64,000 nt of DNA from Squalus acanthias (GCA_030390025.1 CM059432.1:139440001-139504000); one strand, 5' to 3'. Positions 48,112 through 61,290 are shown, numbered from the stretch's first letter. The notes: generated by a model from the sequence alone, not told the origin. Translations and numbers: made by a program.

Positions 48112-51100
48112 CTGTCTGTCTGTCATTGTGTGTGGGGGGGGGAGGCCCTGCCTGTCACACTGGTGGGGGGAGTGGGGAGGGGGGGGGCCCTGCCTGTCAC
48201 TGTGGGGGGAGGGGGGGGGCCCTGCCTGTCACTGTGGGGGGAGGGGGGGAGCCCTGCCTGTCACTGTGTGGGGCCCTGCCTGTCACTGTGTGGGGCCCTG
48301 CCTGTCACTGTGTGGGGCCCTGCCTGTCACTGTGGGGGAGAGGCTCTGCCTGTCACTGTGTGGGGAGGGGGGGGGAGCCCTGCCTGTCACTGTGTGGGGC
48401 CCTGCCTGTCACTGTGTGGGGCCCTGCCTGTCACTGTGGGGGAGAGGCTCTGCCTGTCACTGTGTGGGGAGGGGGGGGGAGCCCTGCCTGTCACTGTGTG
48501 GGGCCCTGCCTGTCACTGTGTGGGGCCCTGCCTGTCACTGTGGGGGAGAGGCTCTGCCTGTCACTGTGTGGGGAGGGGGGGGGGAGCCCTGCCTGTCACT
48601 GTGTGGGGCCCTGCCTGTCACTGTGTGGGGGGCCCTGCCTGTCACTGTGTGGGGAGGGGGGGGAGGCTCTGCCTGTCACTGTGTGGGGAGGGGGGGGGCC
48701 CTGCCTGTCACTGTGTGGGGAGGGGGGGGGAGGCCTGCCTGTCACTGTGTGGGGAGGGGGGGGGGCGCCTGCCTGTCACTGTGTGGGGAGGGGGGGGGGG
48801 CGCTGCCTGTCACTGTGTGGGGAGGGGGGAGCCCTGCCTGTCACTGTGTGGGGAGGGGGGGAGCCCTGCCTGTCACTGTGTGGGGAGGGGGGAGCCCTGC
48901 CTGTCACTGTGTGGGGAGGGGGGAGCCCTGCCTGTCACTGTGTGGGGAGGGGGGGGCCCTGCCTGTCACTGTGTGGGGAGGGGGGAGCCCTGCCTGTCAC
49001 TGTGTGGGGAGGGGGGAGCCCTGCCTGTCACTGTGTGGGGAGGGGGGGGAGGCCCTGCCTGTCACTGTGTGGGGAGGGGGGGGGGAGGCCCTGCCTGTCA
49101 CTGTGTGGGGAGGGGGGGGAGCCCTGCCTGTCACTGTGTGGGGAGGGGGGGGGCGTCTGCGGCGGGGGGTGTGCCTGTCACTGTGTGGGGGAGGGGGGGG
49201 GCCCTGCCTGTCATGTGGGGGGGGGGGGGGGAGGCCCTGCCTGCACTGGGGGGAGGCCCTGCCTGTCACTGTGTGGCCCCAGGTGGGGAGGGGGGCCTGT
49301 CGCTGCCCTGCTGTCACTGTGTGGGGAGGGGGGGGGGGGCCCTGCTGTCCTGTGTGGGGAGGGGGGGAGGCCCTGCCTGTCACTGTGTGGGGAGGGGGGG
49401 GGCGCTGCCTGTCACTGTGTGGGGAGGGGGGGGGGCCCTGCCTGCCTGTGGGGGGGCAGGGGCTGCCTGTCCTGTTGGGGAGGGGGGGCCCTGCCTGTCA
49501 CTGTGTGGGGAGGGGGGGGCCCTGCCTGTCACTGTGTGGGGAGGGGGGGGCCTGCCTGTCACTGTGTGGGGAGGGGGGGGCCCTGCCTGTCACTGTGTGG
49601 GGAGGGGGGGCCCTGCCTGTCACTGTGTGGGGAGGGGGGGCGCTGCCTGTCACTGTGTGGGGAGGGGGGGGGGCCCTGCCTGTCACTGTGTGGGGAGGGG
49701 GGGGCCCTGCCTGTCACTGTGTGGGGAGGGGGGGCCCTGCCTGTCACTGTGTGGGGAGGGGGGGGGCCCTGCCTGTCACTGTGTGGGGAGGGGGGGGCCC
49801 TGCCTGTCACTGTGTGGGGAGGGGGGGGGGCCCTGCCTGTCACTGTGTGGGGAGGGGGGGGGGCCCTGCCTGTCACTGTGTGGGGAGGGGGGAGGCCCTG
49901 CCTGTCACTGTGTGGGGAGGGGGGGGCGCTGCCTGTCACTGTGTGGGGAGGGGGGGGGGCGCTGCCTGTCACTGTGTGGGGAGGGGGGGCCCTGCCTGTC
50001 ACTGTGTGGGGAGGGGGGGCCCTGCCTGTCACTGTGTGGGGGGGGGTGCTGCCTGTCACTGTGTGGGGAGGGGAGGCTCTGCCTGTCACTGTGTGTGGGG
50101 GGGGGGGGCGCTGCCTGTCACTGTGTGGGGAGGGGGGGGGGCGCCCTGCCTGTCACTGTGTGGGGAGGGGGGGGGGCGCTGCCTGTCACTGTGTGGGGGG
50201 GGGGGGGAGCCCTGCCTGTCACTGTGTGGGGAGGAGGGGGGGCTCTGCCTGTCACTGTGTGGGGAGGGGGGGGGGGGTGCTGCCTGTCACTGTGTGGGGA
50301 GGGGGGGGCCCTGCCTGTCACTGTGTGGGGAGGGGGAGAGGCCCTGCCTGTCACTGTGTGGGGAGGGGGGGGGGGGGCCCTGCCTGTCACTGTGTGGGGA
50401 GGGGGGGCCCTGCCTGTCACTGTGTGGGGAGGGGGGGCCCTGCCTGTCACTGTGTGGGGAGGGGGGGGGGCCCTGCCTGTCACTGTGTGGGGAGGGGGGG
50501 GGGCCCTGCCTGTCACTGTGTGGGGAGGGGGGGCCCTGCCTGTCACTGTGTGGGGAGGGGGGGCCCTGCCTGTCACTGTGTGGGGAGGGGGGGGGGCCCT
50601 GCCTGTCACTGTGTGGGGAGGGGGGGCCCTGCCTGTCACTGTGTGGGGAGGGGGGGCCCTGCCTGTCACTGTGTGGGGAGCGGGGGGGCCCTGCCTGTCA
50701 CTGTGTGGGGAGGGGGAGAGGCCCTGCCTGTCACTGTGTGGGGAGGGGGGGGAGCCCTGCCTGTCACTGTGTGGGGAGGGGGGGGGGCCCTGCCTGTCAC
50801 TGTGTGGGGAGGGGGGGCCCTGCCTGTCACTGTGTGGGGAGGGGGGGCCCTGCCTGTCACTGTGTGGGGAGGGGGGGCCCTGCCTGTCACTGTGTGGGGA
50901 GGGGGGGCCCTGCCTGTCACTGTGTGGGGAGGGGGGGCCCTGCCTGTCACTGTGTGGGGAGGGGGGGCCCTGCCTGTCACTGTGTGGGGAGGGGGGGGGG
51001 CCCTGCCTGTCACTGTGTGGGGAGGGGGGGGGGGCCCTGCCTGTCACTGTGTGGGGAGGGGGGCCCTGCCTGTCACTGTGTGGGGAGGGGGGGCCCTGCC

Positions 51101-54100
51101 TGTCACTGTGTGGGGAGGGGGTGCTGCCTGTCACTGTGTGGGGAGGGGGGGCCCTGCCTGTCACTGTGTGGGGAGGGGGGGCGCTGCCTGTCACTGTGTG
51201 GGGAGGGTGGGGGGCGCTGCCTGTCACTGTGTGGGGAGGGGGGGCACTGCCTGTCACTGTGGGGGGAGGGGGGGGGGGCGCTGCCTGTCACTGTGTGGGG
51301 GGGGGGGGCTCTGCCTGTCACTGTGTGGGGAGGGGGGGTCTTCTGCCTGTCACTGTGTGGGGAGGGTGGGGGGCGCTGCCTGTCACTGTGGGGGGAGAGG
51401 CTCTGCCTGTCACTGTGTGGGGAGGGTGGGGGGCGCTGCCTGTCACTGTGGGGGGAGGGGGGGGCTCTGCCTGTCACTGTGGGGGGAGGGGGGGGTCTTC
51501 TGCCTGTCACTGTGGGGGGAGGGGGGGTCTTCTGCCTGTCACTGTGTGGGGAGGGTGGGGGGCGCTGCCTGTCACTGTGTGGGGAGGGGGGGGGGGCTCT
51601 GCCTGTCACTGTGTGGGGAGGGGGGGGGAGGCTCTGCCTGTCACTGTGTGGGGGGAGGGGGGGGGAGGCTCTGCCTGTCACTGTGTGGGGAGGGGGGGCG
51701 CTGCCTGTCACTGTGTGGGGAGGGGGAGGGGGGGCGCTGCCTGTCACTGTGTGGGGAGGGGGGGCGCTGCCTGTCACTGTGTGGGGAGGGGGGGCGCTGC
51801 CTGTCACTGTGTGGGGAGGGGGGGGGCGCTCTGCCTGTCACTGTGTGGGTAGGGGGGGCGCTGCCTGTCACTGTGTGGGGAGGGGGGGCGCTGCCTGTCA
51901 CTGTGTGGGGAGGGGGGGCGCTGCCTGTCACTGTGTGGGGGGGGGGGCGCGCTCTGCCTGTCACTGTGTGGGGAGGGGGGGGGCGCTCTGCCTGTCACTG
52001 TGTGGGGAGGGGGGGGCGCTCTGCCTGTCACTGTGTGGGGAGGGTGGGGGGGCGCTGCCTGTCACTGTGGGGGGAGGGGGGGGCTCTGCCTGTCACTGTG
52101 GGGGGAGGGGGGGTCTTCTGCCTGTCACTGTGGGGGGAGGGGGGGTCTTCTGCCTGTCACTGTGTGGGGAGGAGGGGGGGCGCTGCCTGTCACTGTGTGG
52201 GGAGGGGGGGGAAGCCCTGCCTGTCACTGTGTGGGGAGGGGGGGAGCCCTGCCTGTCACTGTGTGGGGAAGGGGGGGCTCTGCCTGTCACTGTGGGGGGA
52301 GGGGGGGTCTTCTGCCTGTCACTGTGTGGGGAGGGTGGGGGGCTCTGCCTGTCACTGTGTGGGGAGGGGGGGGCTCTGCCTGTCACTGTGTGGGGAGGGG
52401 GGGAGCCCTGCCTGTCACTGTGTGGGGAGGGGGGGGGGGGCTCTGCCTGTCACTGTGTGGGGAGGGGGGGAGCCCTGCCTGTCACTGTGTGGGGAGGGGG
52501 GGGGGGAGCCCTGCCTGTCACTGTGTGGGGAGGGGGGGGGGGAGCCCTGCCTGTCACTGTGTGGGGAAGGGGGGGCTCTGCCTGTCACTGTGGGGGGAGG
52601 GGGGGGGGGGGGCGTGCTGCCTGTCACTGTGTGGGGAGGGGGGGGGGCGCTGCCTGTCACTGTGTGGGGGGAGGGGGGCGCTGCCTGTCACTGGGTGGGG
52701 GGCGCTGCCTGTCACTGTGGGGAGGGGGGCGGGCACTGCCTGTCACTGTGTGGGGAGGGGGGGGGCGCTGCCTGTCACTGTGTGGGGAGGGAGGGGCCCT
52801 GCCTGTCACTGTGTGGGGAGGGGGGGGCCTGCCTGTCACTGTGTGGGGAGGGGGGGCCCTGCCTGTCACTGTGTGGGGAGGGGGGGGGGGCCCTGCCTGT
52901 CACTGTGTGGGGAGGGGGGCGGGCGCTGCCTGTCACTGTGTGGGGAGGGGGGGGGGGCGCGATGCCTGTCACTGTGGGGAGGGGGGGGGCTCTGCCTGTC
53001 ACTGTGGTGGGAGGGTGGGGCGCGCTGCCTGTCACTGTGGTGGGGGGGGGAGAGGCTCTGCCTGTCACTGTGTGTGGAGGGTGGGGGCGCTGCCTGTCAC
53101 TGTGGTGGGGGGGGGGGAGAGGCTCTGCCTGTCACTGTGTGGGGAGGGTGGGGGGCCCTGCCTGTCACTGTGTGTGGGGGGGGGGGCGCTGCCTGTCACT
53201 GTGTGGGGAGGGTGGGGGGCGCTGCCTGTCACTGTGTGTGGGGGGGGGGCGCTGCCTGTCACTGTGTGGGGAGGGTGGGGGGCGCTGCCTGTCACTGTGT
53301 GGGGAGGGTGGGGGGCGCTGCCTGTCACTGTGTGGGGAGGGTGGGGGGCGCTGCCTGTCACTGTGGGGAGGGTGGGGGGGCGCTGCCTGTCACTGTGGGG
53401 AGGGTGGGGGGCGCTGCCTGTCACTGTGTGGGGAGGGTGGGGGGCGCTGCCTGTCACTGTGTGGGGAGGGTGGGGGGCGCTGCCTGTCACTGTGGGGAGG
53501 GTGGGGGGCGCTGCCTGTCACTGTGTGGGGGGGGGGGGGAGGCTCTGCCTGTCACTGTGTGGGGAGGGTGGGGGGCGCTGCCTGTCACTGTGTGGGGAGG
53601 GGGGGGGGGGCTCTGCCTGTCACTGTGTGGGGGGGGGGGGGGAGGCTCTGCCTGTCACTGTGTGGGGGGGGGGGGGAGGCTCTGCCTGTCACTGTGTGGG
53701 GAGGGGGGGGGGGGCCCTGCCTGTCACTGTGTGGGGAGGGGGGGGGGCCCTGCCTGTCACTGTGTGGGGGGGGGGAGGCTCTGCCTGTCACTGTGTGGGG
53801 AGGGGGGGGGCGCTGCCTGTCACTGTGTGGGGGGGGCTCTGCCTGTCACTGTGTGGGGAGGGGGGGGGTGCTGCCTGTCACTGTGTGGGGAGGGGGGGCC
53901 CTGCCTGTCACTGTGTGGGGAGGGGGGGGGGCCTGCCTGTCACTGTGTGGGGAGGGGGAGAGGCCCTGCCTGTCACTGTGTGGGGAGGGGGGGGGAGCCC
54001 TGCCTGTCACTGTGTGGGGAGGGGGGGGGAGCCCTGCCTGTCACTGTGTGGGGAGGGGGGGGGAGCCCTGCCTGTCACTGTGTGGGGAGGGGGGGCCCTG

Positions 54101-57100
54101 CCTGTCACTGTGTGGGGAGGGGGGGCCCTGCCTGTCACTGTGTGGGGAGGGGGGGCCCTGCCTGTCACTGTGTGGGGAGGGGGGGGCCCCTGCCTGTCAC
54201 TGTGTGGGGAGGGGGGGCCCTGCCTGTCACTGTGTGGGGAGGGGGGGCCCTGCCTGTCACTGTGTGGGGAGGGGGGGGGGCCCTGCCTGTCACTGTGTGG
54301 GGAGGGGGGGGCCCTGCCTGTCACTGTGTGGGGAGGGGGGGCCCTGCCTGTCACTGTGTGGGGAGGGGGGGGGCCCTGCCTGTCACTGTGTGGGGAGGGG
54401 GGGCCCTGCCTGTCACTGTGTGGGGAGGGGGGGCCCTGCCTGTCACTGTGTGGGGAGGGGGGGGGGCCCTGCCTGTCACTGTGTGGGGAGGGGGGGGGGC
54501 CCTGCCTGTCACTGTGTGGGGAGGGGGAGAGGCCCTACCTGTCACTGTGTGGGGAGGGGGGGGGGCCCTGCCTGTCACTGTGTGGGGAGGGGGAGAGGCC
54601 CTACCTGTCACTGTGTGGGGAGGGGGGGGGGAGCCCTGCCTGTCACTGTGTGGGGAGGGGGGGGGGCCCTGCCTGTCACTGTGTGGGGAGGGGGGGGGGC
54701 CCTGCCTGTCACTGTGTGGGGAGGGGGGGCCCTGCCTGTCACTGTGTGGGGAGGGGGGGCCCTGCCTGTCACTGTGTGGGGAGGGGAGGCCCTGCCTGTC
54801 ACTGTGTGGGGAGGGGGGGCCCTGCCTGTCACTGTGTGGGGAGGGGGGGGGGCCCTGCCTGTCACTGTGTGGGGAGGGGGGGCCCTGCCTGTCACTGTGT
54901 GGGGAGGGGGGGCCCTGCCTGTCACTGTGTGGGGGGGGGTGCTGCCTGTCACTGTGTGGGGAGGGGAGGCTCTGCCTGTCACTGTGTGTGGGGGGGGGGG
55001 GCGCTGCCTGTCACTGTGTGGGGAGGGGGGGGGCGCCCTGCCTGTCACTGTGTGGGGAGGGGGGGGGCGCTGCCTGTCACTGTGTGGGGGGGGGGGGGAG
55101 CCCTGCCTGTCACTGTGTGGGGAGGAGGGGGGGCTCTGCCTGTCACTGTGTGGGGAGGGGGGGGGGGGTGCTGCCTGTCACTGTGTGGGGAGGGGGGGCC
55201 CTGCCTGTCACTGTGTGGGGAGGGGGAGAGGCCCTGCCTGTCACTGTGTGGGGAGGGGGGGGGGGGGCCCTGCCTGTCACTGTGTGGGGAGGGGGGGCCC
55301 TGCCTGTCACTGTGTGGGGAGGGGGGGCCCTGCCTGTCACTGTGTGGGGAGGGGGGGGGGCCCTGCCTGTCACTGTGTGGGGAGGGGGGGGGCCCTGCCT
55401 GTCACTGTGTGGGGAGGGGGAGCCCTGCCTGTCACTGTGTGGGGAGGGGGGGCCCTGCCTGTCACTGTGTGGGGAGGGGGGGGGGCCCTGCCTGTCACTG
55501 TGTGGGGAGGGGGGGCCCTGCCTGTCACTGTGTGGGGAGGGGGGGCCCTGCCTGTCACTGTGTGGGGAGGGGGGGCCCTGCCTGTCACTGTGTGGGGAGC
55601 GGGGGGGCCCTGCCTGTCACTGTGTGGGGAGGGGGAGAGGCCCTGCCTGTCACTGTGTGGGGAGGGGGGGGAGCCCTGCCTGTCACTGTGTGGGGAGGGG
55701 GGGGGGCCCTGCCTGTCACTGTGTGGGGAGGGGGGGCCCTGCCTGTCACTGTGTGGGGAGGGGGGGCCCTGCCTGTCACTGTGTGGGGAGGGGGGGCCCT
55801 GCCTGTCACTGTGTGGGGAGGGGGGGCCCTGCCTGTCACTGTGTGGGGAGGGGGGGCCCTGCCTGTCACTGTGTGGGGAGGGGGGGCCCTGCCTGTCACT
55901 GTGTGGGGAGGGGGTGCTGCCTGTCACTGTGTGGGGAGGGGGGGGCCCTGCCTGTCACTGTGTGGGGAGGGGGGGCGCTGCCTGTCACTGTGTGGGGGGC
56001 GCTGCCTGTCACTGTGTGGGGAGGGGGGGCACTGCCTGTCACTGTGGGGGGAGGGGGGGGGTGCTGCCTGTCACTGTGTGGGGGGGGGGGGCTCTGCCTG
56101 TCACTGTGTGGGGAGGGGGGGTCTTCTGCCTGTCACTGTGTGGGGAGGGTGGGGGGCGCTGCCTGTCACTGTGGGGGGAGAGGCTCTGCCTGTCACTGTG
56201 TGGGGAGGGTGGGGGGCGCTGCCTGTCACTGTGGGGGAGGGGGGGGCTCTGCCTGTCACTGTGGGGGGAGGGGGGGGTCTTCTGCCTGTCACTGTGGGGG
56301 GAGGGGGGGTCTTCTGCCTGTCACTGTGTGGGGAGGGTGGGGGGCGCTGCCTGTCACTGTGTGGGGAGGGGGGGGGGGCTCTGCCTGTCACTGTGTGGGG
56401 AGGGGGGGGAGGCTCTGCCTGTCACTGTGTGGGGGGAGGGGGGGGGAGGCTCTGCCTGTCACTGTGTGGGGAGGGGGGGCGCTGCCTGTCACTGTGTGGG
56501 GAGGGGGAGGGGGGGCGCTGCCTGTCACTGTGTGGGGAGGGGGGGCGCTGCCTGTCACTGTGTGGGGAGGGGGGGCGCTGCCTGTCACTGTGTGGGGAGG
56601 GGGGGGCGCTCTGCCTGTCACTGTGTGGGTAGGGGGGGCGCTGCCTGTCACTGTGTGGGGAGGGGGGGCGCTGCCTGTCACTGTGTGGGGAGGGGGGGCG
56701 CTGCCTGTCACTGTGTGGGGGGGGGGGCGCTCTGCCTGTCACTGTGTGGGGAGGGGGGGGCGCTCTGCCTGTCACTGTGTGGGGAGGGGGGGGCGCTCTG
56801 CCTGTCACTGTGTGGGGAGGGTGGGGGGGCGCTGCCTGTCACTGTGGGGGGAGGGGGGGGCTCTGCCTGTCACTGTGGGGGGAGGGGGGGTCTTCTGCCT
56901 GTCACTGTGGGGGGAGGGGGGGTCTTCTGCCTGTCACTGTGTGGGGAGGAGGGGGGGCGCTGCCTGTCACTGTGTGGGGAGGGGGGGGAAGCCCTGCCTG
57001 TCACTGTGTGGGGAGGGGGGGAGCCCTGCCTGTCACTGTGTGGGGAAGGGGGGGCTCTGCCTGTCACTGTGGGGGGAGGGGGGGTCTTCTGCCTGTCACT

Positions 57101-58355
57101 GTGTGGGGAGGGTGGGGGGCTCTGCCTGTCACTGTGTGGGGAGGGGGGGGCTCTGCCTGTCACTGTGTGGGGAGGGGGGGAGCCCTGCCTGTCACTGTGT
57201 GGGGAGGGGGGGGGGGAGCCCTGCCTGTCACTGTGTGGGGAGGGGGGGGGGGAGCCCTGCCTGTCACTGTGTGGGGAAGGGGGGGCTCTGCCTGTCACTG
57301 TGGGGGGAGGGGGGGGGGGGCGCTGCCTGTCACTGTGGGGAGGGGGGCGTGCTGCCTGTCACTGTGTGGGGAGGGGGGGGGGGCGCTGCCTGTCACTGTG
57401 TGGGGGGAGGGGGGCGCTGCCTGTCACTGGGTGGGGGGCGCTGCCTGTCACTGTGGGGAGGGGGGCGGGCACTGCCTGTCACTGTGTGGGGAGGGGGGGG
57501 GCGCTGCCTGTCACTGTGTGGGGAGGGAGGGGCCCTGCCTGTCACTGTGTGGGGAGGGGGGGGCCTGCCTGTCACTGTGTGGGGAGGGGGGGCCCTGCCT
57601 GTCACTGTGTGGGGAGGGGGGGGGGCCCTGCCTGTCACTGTGTGGGGAGGGGGGCGGGCGCTGCCTGTCACTGTGTGGGGAGGGGGGGGGGGCGCGATGC
57701 CTGTCACTGTGGGGAGGGGGGGGGCTCTGCCTGTCACTGTGGTGGGAGGGTGGGGCGCGCTGCCTGTCACTGTGGTGGGGGGGGGGAGAGGCTCTGCCTG
57801 TCACTGTGTGTGGAGGGTGGGGGCGCTGCCTGTCACTGTGGTGGGGGGGGGGAGAGGCTCTGCCTGTCACTGTGTGGGGAGGGTGGGGGGCCCTGCCTGT
57901 CACTGTGTGTGGGGGGGGGGCGCTGCCTGTCACTGTGTGGGGAGGGTGGGGGGCGCTGCCTGTCACTGTGTGTGGGGGGGGGCGCTGCCTGTCACTGTGT
58001 GGGGAGGGTGGGGGGCGCTGCCTGTCACTGTGTGGGGAGGGTGGGGGGCGCTGCCTGTCACTGTGTGGGGAGGGTGGGGGGCGCTGCCTGTCACTGTGGG
58101 GAGGGTGGGGGGCGCTGCCTGTCACTGTGGGGAGGGTGGGGGGCGCTGCCTGTCACTGTGTGGGGAGGGTGGGGGGCGCTGCCTGTCACTGTGTGGGGAG
58201 GGTGGGGGGCGCTGCCTGTCACTGTGGGGAGGGTGGGGGGCGCTGCCTGTCACTGTGTGGGGAGGGTGGGGGGCGCTGCCTGTCACTGTGTGGGGGGGGG
58301 GGGGCGCTGCCTGTCACTGTGTGGGGAGGGTGGGGGGCGCTGCCTGTCACTGGGG
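48112..58355 (+). repeat. G-rich minisatellite, unit ~30-33 bp (CTGCCTGTCACTGTGTGGGGAG(G)nCC), roughly 320 copies
   Basis: Direct reading; copy number estimated from length divided by unit size. Confidence 0.99.
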
Positions 58356-59293
58356 CCGACCGTTGGTGTTTATGTGGTGAAATCTCCCGCCCTGGGTGAG
58401 TGGGTGCCATCGGATTGCGGCCCAGTCACCCAGCCATGATGGGGTGGGGGGGATGTGTCGCTAACGGAGTCCGGCACGGGGAGCGATGGCCGCTCCGTGG
58501 GGGAGTGACGCAGTTTGCTGGCGGAGCTGCGCCTCTATTGGTCTGTGTTTTTTGGTTTGTTCGATTGTCGCAGACGTCAATATAGATTTTTGTTTCGAAA
58601 CGGGCTCGGCCGGTCCGAAGTGGGCCGGGCCCGGGGAGCTTCCGTCCAAATCCCGGGTCCGAGCTTGGCTTTCACTCATCAGGCTTCAGGCGTTGACTGT
58701 GGCCGCTGAAAAACAACCGGTCACATGGGCCGCAGGCAGGGGTCGGCCAAGTGTCATCACTGAGGGTTGTTCTTTCAACTTCTCCATCTCGCTCATTATT
58801 CTGCACCTCATTCCAGCTCCTCCCGACTTTCTCTTTTTTTGTCTGCATTTTTTTTTAAGTGTTCTCGACAATTCAGTGGGGATTTGTGATCATTTTCTGT
58901 TGACTATGGAAGTGGAGGTATCCCAGCATTCAATGCTACAGCGCAAGTCCTCTATCCGAGCTACAGAGATTGAGGAACGGGATTTCGCATTGCTCCAGCT
59001 GCTGGGACAGCAGTGCCGCCATAGCATTTTGCTCTCTCTCTCGTTAGAGCAAGAGGACCGCTGCGAGCTGATGTCTGATATTACGATTTCGTTGTTTGAA
59101 TGCAGTTAAGTTAGGAGGTCTCTGGAAGTTCAGTGTTGAGACAATACAGCCTTTTGTCATTTTACTTAAATCTTTGCATTTTGAAACCAACTTTTTTTGC
59201 TAACATTTTTGCACTGCTAGATGTAGTAGTCAGCTTGGTTCAGGAGACAGCTTTTTAAATAATTAGTTGTGGGCTCAATCACCCCCCACCCCC

Positions 59294-59312
59294 CACACAC
59301 ACACACACACAC
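59294..59312. repeat. (CA)n microsatellite
   Basis: Direct reading. Confidence 0.9.
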
Positions 59313-59999
59313 TTCCAAGGCTTTCTGGCATCTAGGCTGCAGTGCTGGAGGTGCTGTCTTTCAGATATTCTGTAGAAACTAAGGACCTCATCTACCTGTT
59401 CAGGGAGATATAGAACATGTCACAACACCAATTGATTTCTATAGGTGTCCTATGTTCTTCCTTCAATTAGTATCACCAAAAACAGACAAATTGGTCATTC
59501 ACCTCATCTGTTGGTTGTGCTGTGTGCCAAATAAATGCATTTAACTTCTTGTATCTTCTTCCATCTTAAGAATGATGCAACCTAGAGAGTAAATGTATTC
59601 AGTGTTTAGCATAGTTCTCTGTTGTAATTGAGCAGGTTGCAATCTTTTTGTAATAGACATTACATTCTAGAAAATGTTAGATCTGACTAATGTATGAAGT
59701 ATGTCTCTCTATTTTGAGGTTATAAAGGGTTCCTTGTAACCCAGATTTGGAAGTGTGACAGCTGTTCAGTTATTTAAAACCAAGACACACAATTCTATGT
59801 TTTTGTTATGACTATATTGGGAGCCGCATCTGAACAGGATCTGAATCACTGGGTTTCCAGCACTACCGTACCATAGTATACCATTGCTTTTACTTGCAAG
59901 CTGGTTAATAGATTAATTGGCATACCCATTTATTATCCAGTTACTAGCACGCATCTATTCAGCAGACACTTACCTTGGCAGACTTCAATGTGGTGAAAT

Positions 60000-60400
60000 G
60001 TGTCCACATTAAATATTCACACTCTCCACCACCGGCGCACCTTGGCTGCAGTGTGTACCATCTACAAGATGCATTGCAGCAACTCGCCAAGGCTTCTTCG
60101 ACAGCACCTCCCAAACCCGCCACCTCTACCACCTAGAAGGACAAGGTGCATGGGAGCACCATCACCTGCAAGTTCCCCTGCAAGTTACACACCATCCTGA
60201 CTTGGAAATATATCGCTGTTCCTTCATCGTCGCTGGGTCAAAATCCTGGAACTCCCTCCCTAACAGCACTATAGCAGTACCTTCACCGCATGGACTGCAG
60301 CGGTTCAAGAAGGCCCACCACCACCACCTTCTTGAGGGCAATTAGGGATGGGCAATAAATGCTGACCTTGCCAGCGACACCCACATCCCAGGAACAAATT
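60000..60400 (+). mobile_element. Second CR1-group LINE, 3' fragment
   Basis: LNIHTLHHRRT.AAVCTIYKMHC and tail agggatgggcaataaatg. Confidence 0.8.
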
Positions 60401-60952
60401 TTTAAAAATTGAATGGAGGACGTGCTGCCGACAGAAATTATTCCTATGCTCTGCCACTCTTCCTCTGCAATACAAACAACTACCTTCTGAAAAGGGTGAC
60501 CTTCCATGCCAAAGATGACAACTCACTTGCTTCCTTCTATAATATTATCTCCAGGGCGCTGTCTGTAAATGCAGCCGTCTTCTCTGTGGCCCTTGTACTT
60601 TTCTTCTGCTATCTTTAATATGCCAGCAAAACACCAAGTGCAGGTGCCCCTTTAAGGCGTTGCAACAGCTGTTTTTCTGCTGCATTAGATCGTCTGTGAT
60701 TTTTGGCCTTCACATAATCAGCACGTGAGCCGATCCACGTTGAGAGTGCCTGTTACAAATTTGGGTTTGTTGTAGATACCGTCTCTGATTCATTGGCAGC
60801 AGTCGTTCCTGTAAGTAGTCTGAGCGTCTATTGGAGTTGACTTTCGTGCCCTGTATCTGTTTGTATGATAGCAGGTCCCAGGAGTGCAACAATGGGACCC
60901 CCTTTTTGACCTGAACTGGATCTCTGTCTTGAGCATATTAAGAGGAAAAAAA

Positions 60953-61290
60953 AAGACTTGTATTTCTATAGCGCCTTTCACAACCTCAGGATGTCCCAAA
61001 GCACTTTATAGTCATTGATGTACTTTTGAAGTGTAGGAAAGGTGGTAGCCAATTTGTGCACAGCAAGCTCCCACAAACAGCAATGTGATAATGAGCAGAT
61101 AATTTTTTTTTACTGATGTTGATTGGGGGATAAATATTGACCAGGATAAGGGAGAACTCCCCTGCTGTTCTTCAAAATAGTGCCATGGGATCTTTTACGT
61201 GGGAGCATGCGGGGCCTTGCTTTAATGTCTCATCCGAAAGGTAGCACTTCCTTAGTACTGCACTGGAGTGTCAGTCTAGATTTTTGTGTG
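60953..61290 (-). mobile_element. DeuSINE, degenerate
   Basis: Same family with deletions. Confidence 0.75.

Noticed and set aside
48112..58355. CRISPR-like array (constant core with variable intervening sequence)
   Set aside because: The variable parts are only G-run variants, not unique spacers; vertebrate context and no cas genes.
47914..58439. Giant ORFs of 1312-3443 aa (Gly/Cys-rich) and Pro-rich antisense ORFs
   Set aside because: The repeat unit lacks stop codons, all frames are open at once, G-run variation shifts frame constantly, and a strong donor at 48064 places the array in an intron.
58486..59109. 207-aa ORF after the array
   Set aside because: No recognisable domain, lies in a GC-rich part of ATAD2 intron 1; probably a chance ORF.
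60775..60810. Possible ATAD2 exon 2 (tag|ATACCG...CCT|gtaagt)
   Set aside because: Weak acceptor, no resemblance to ATAD2 protein; exon 2 probably lies beyond the window.
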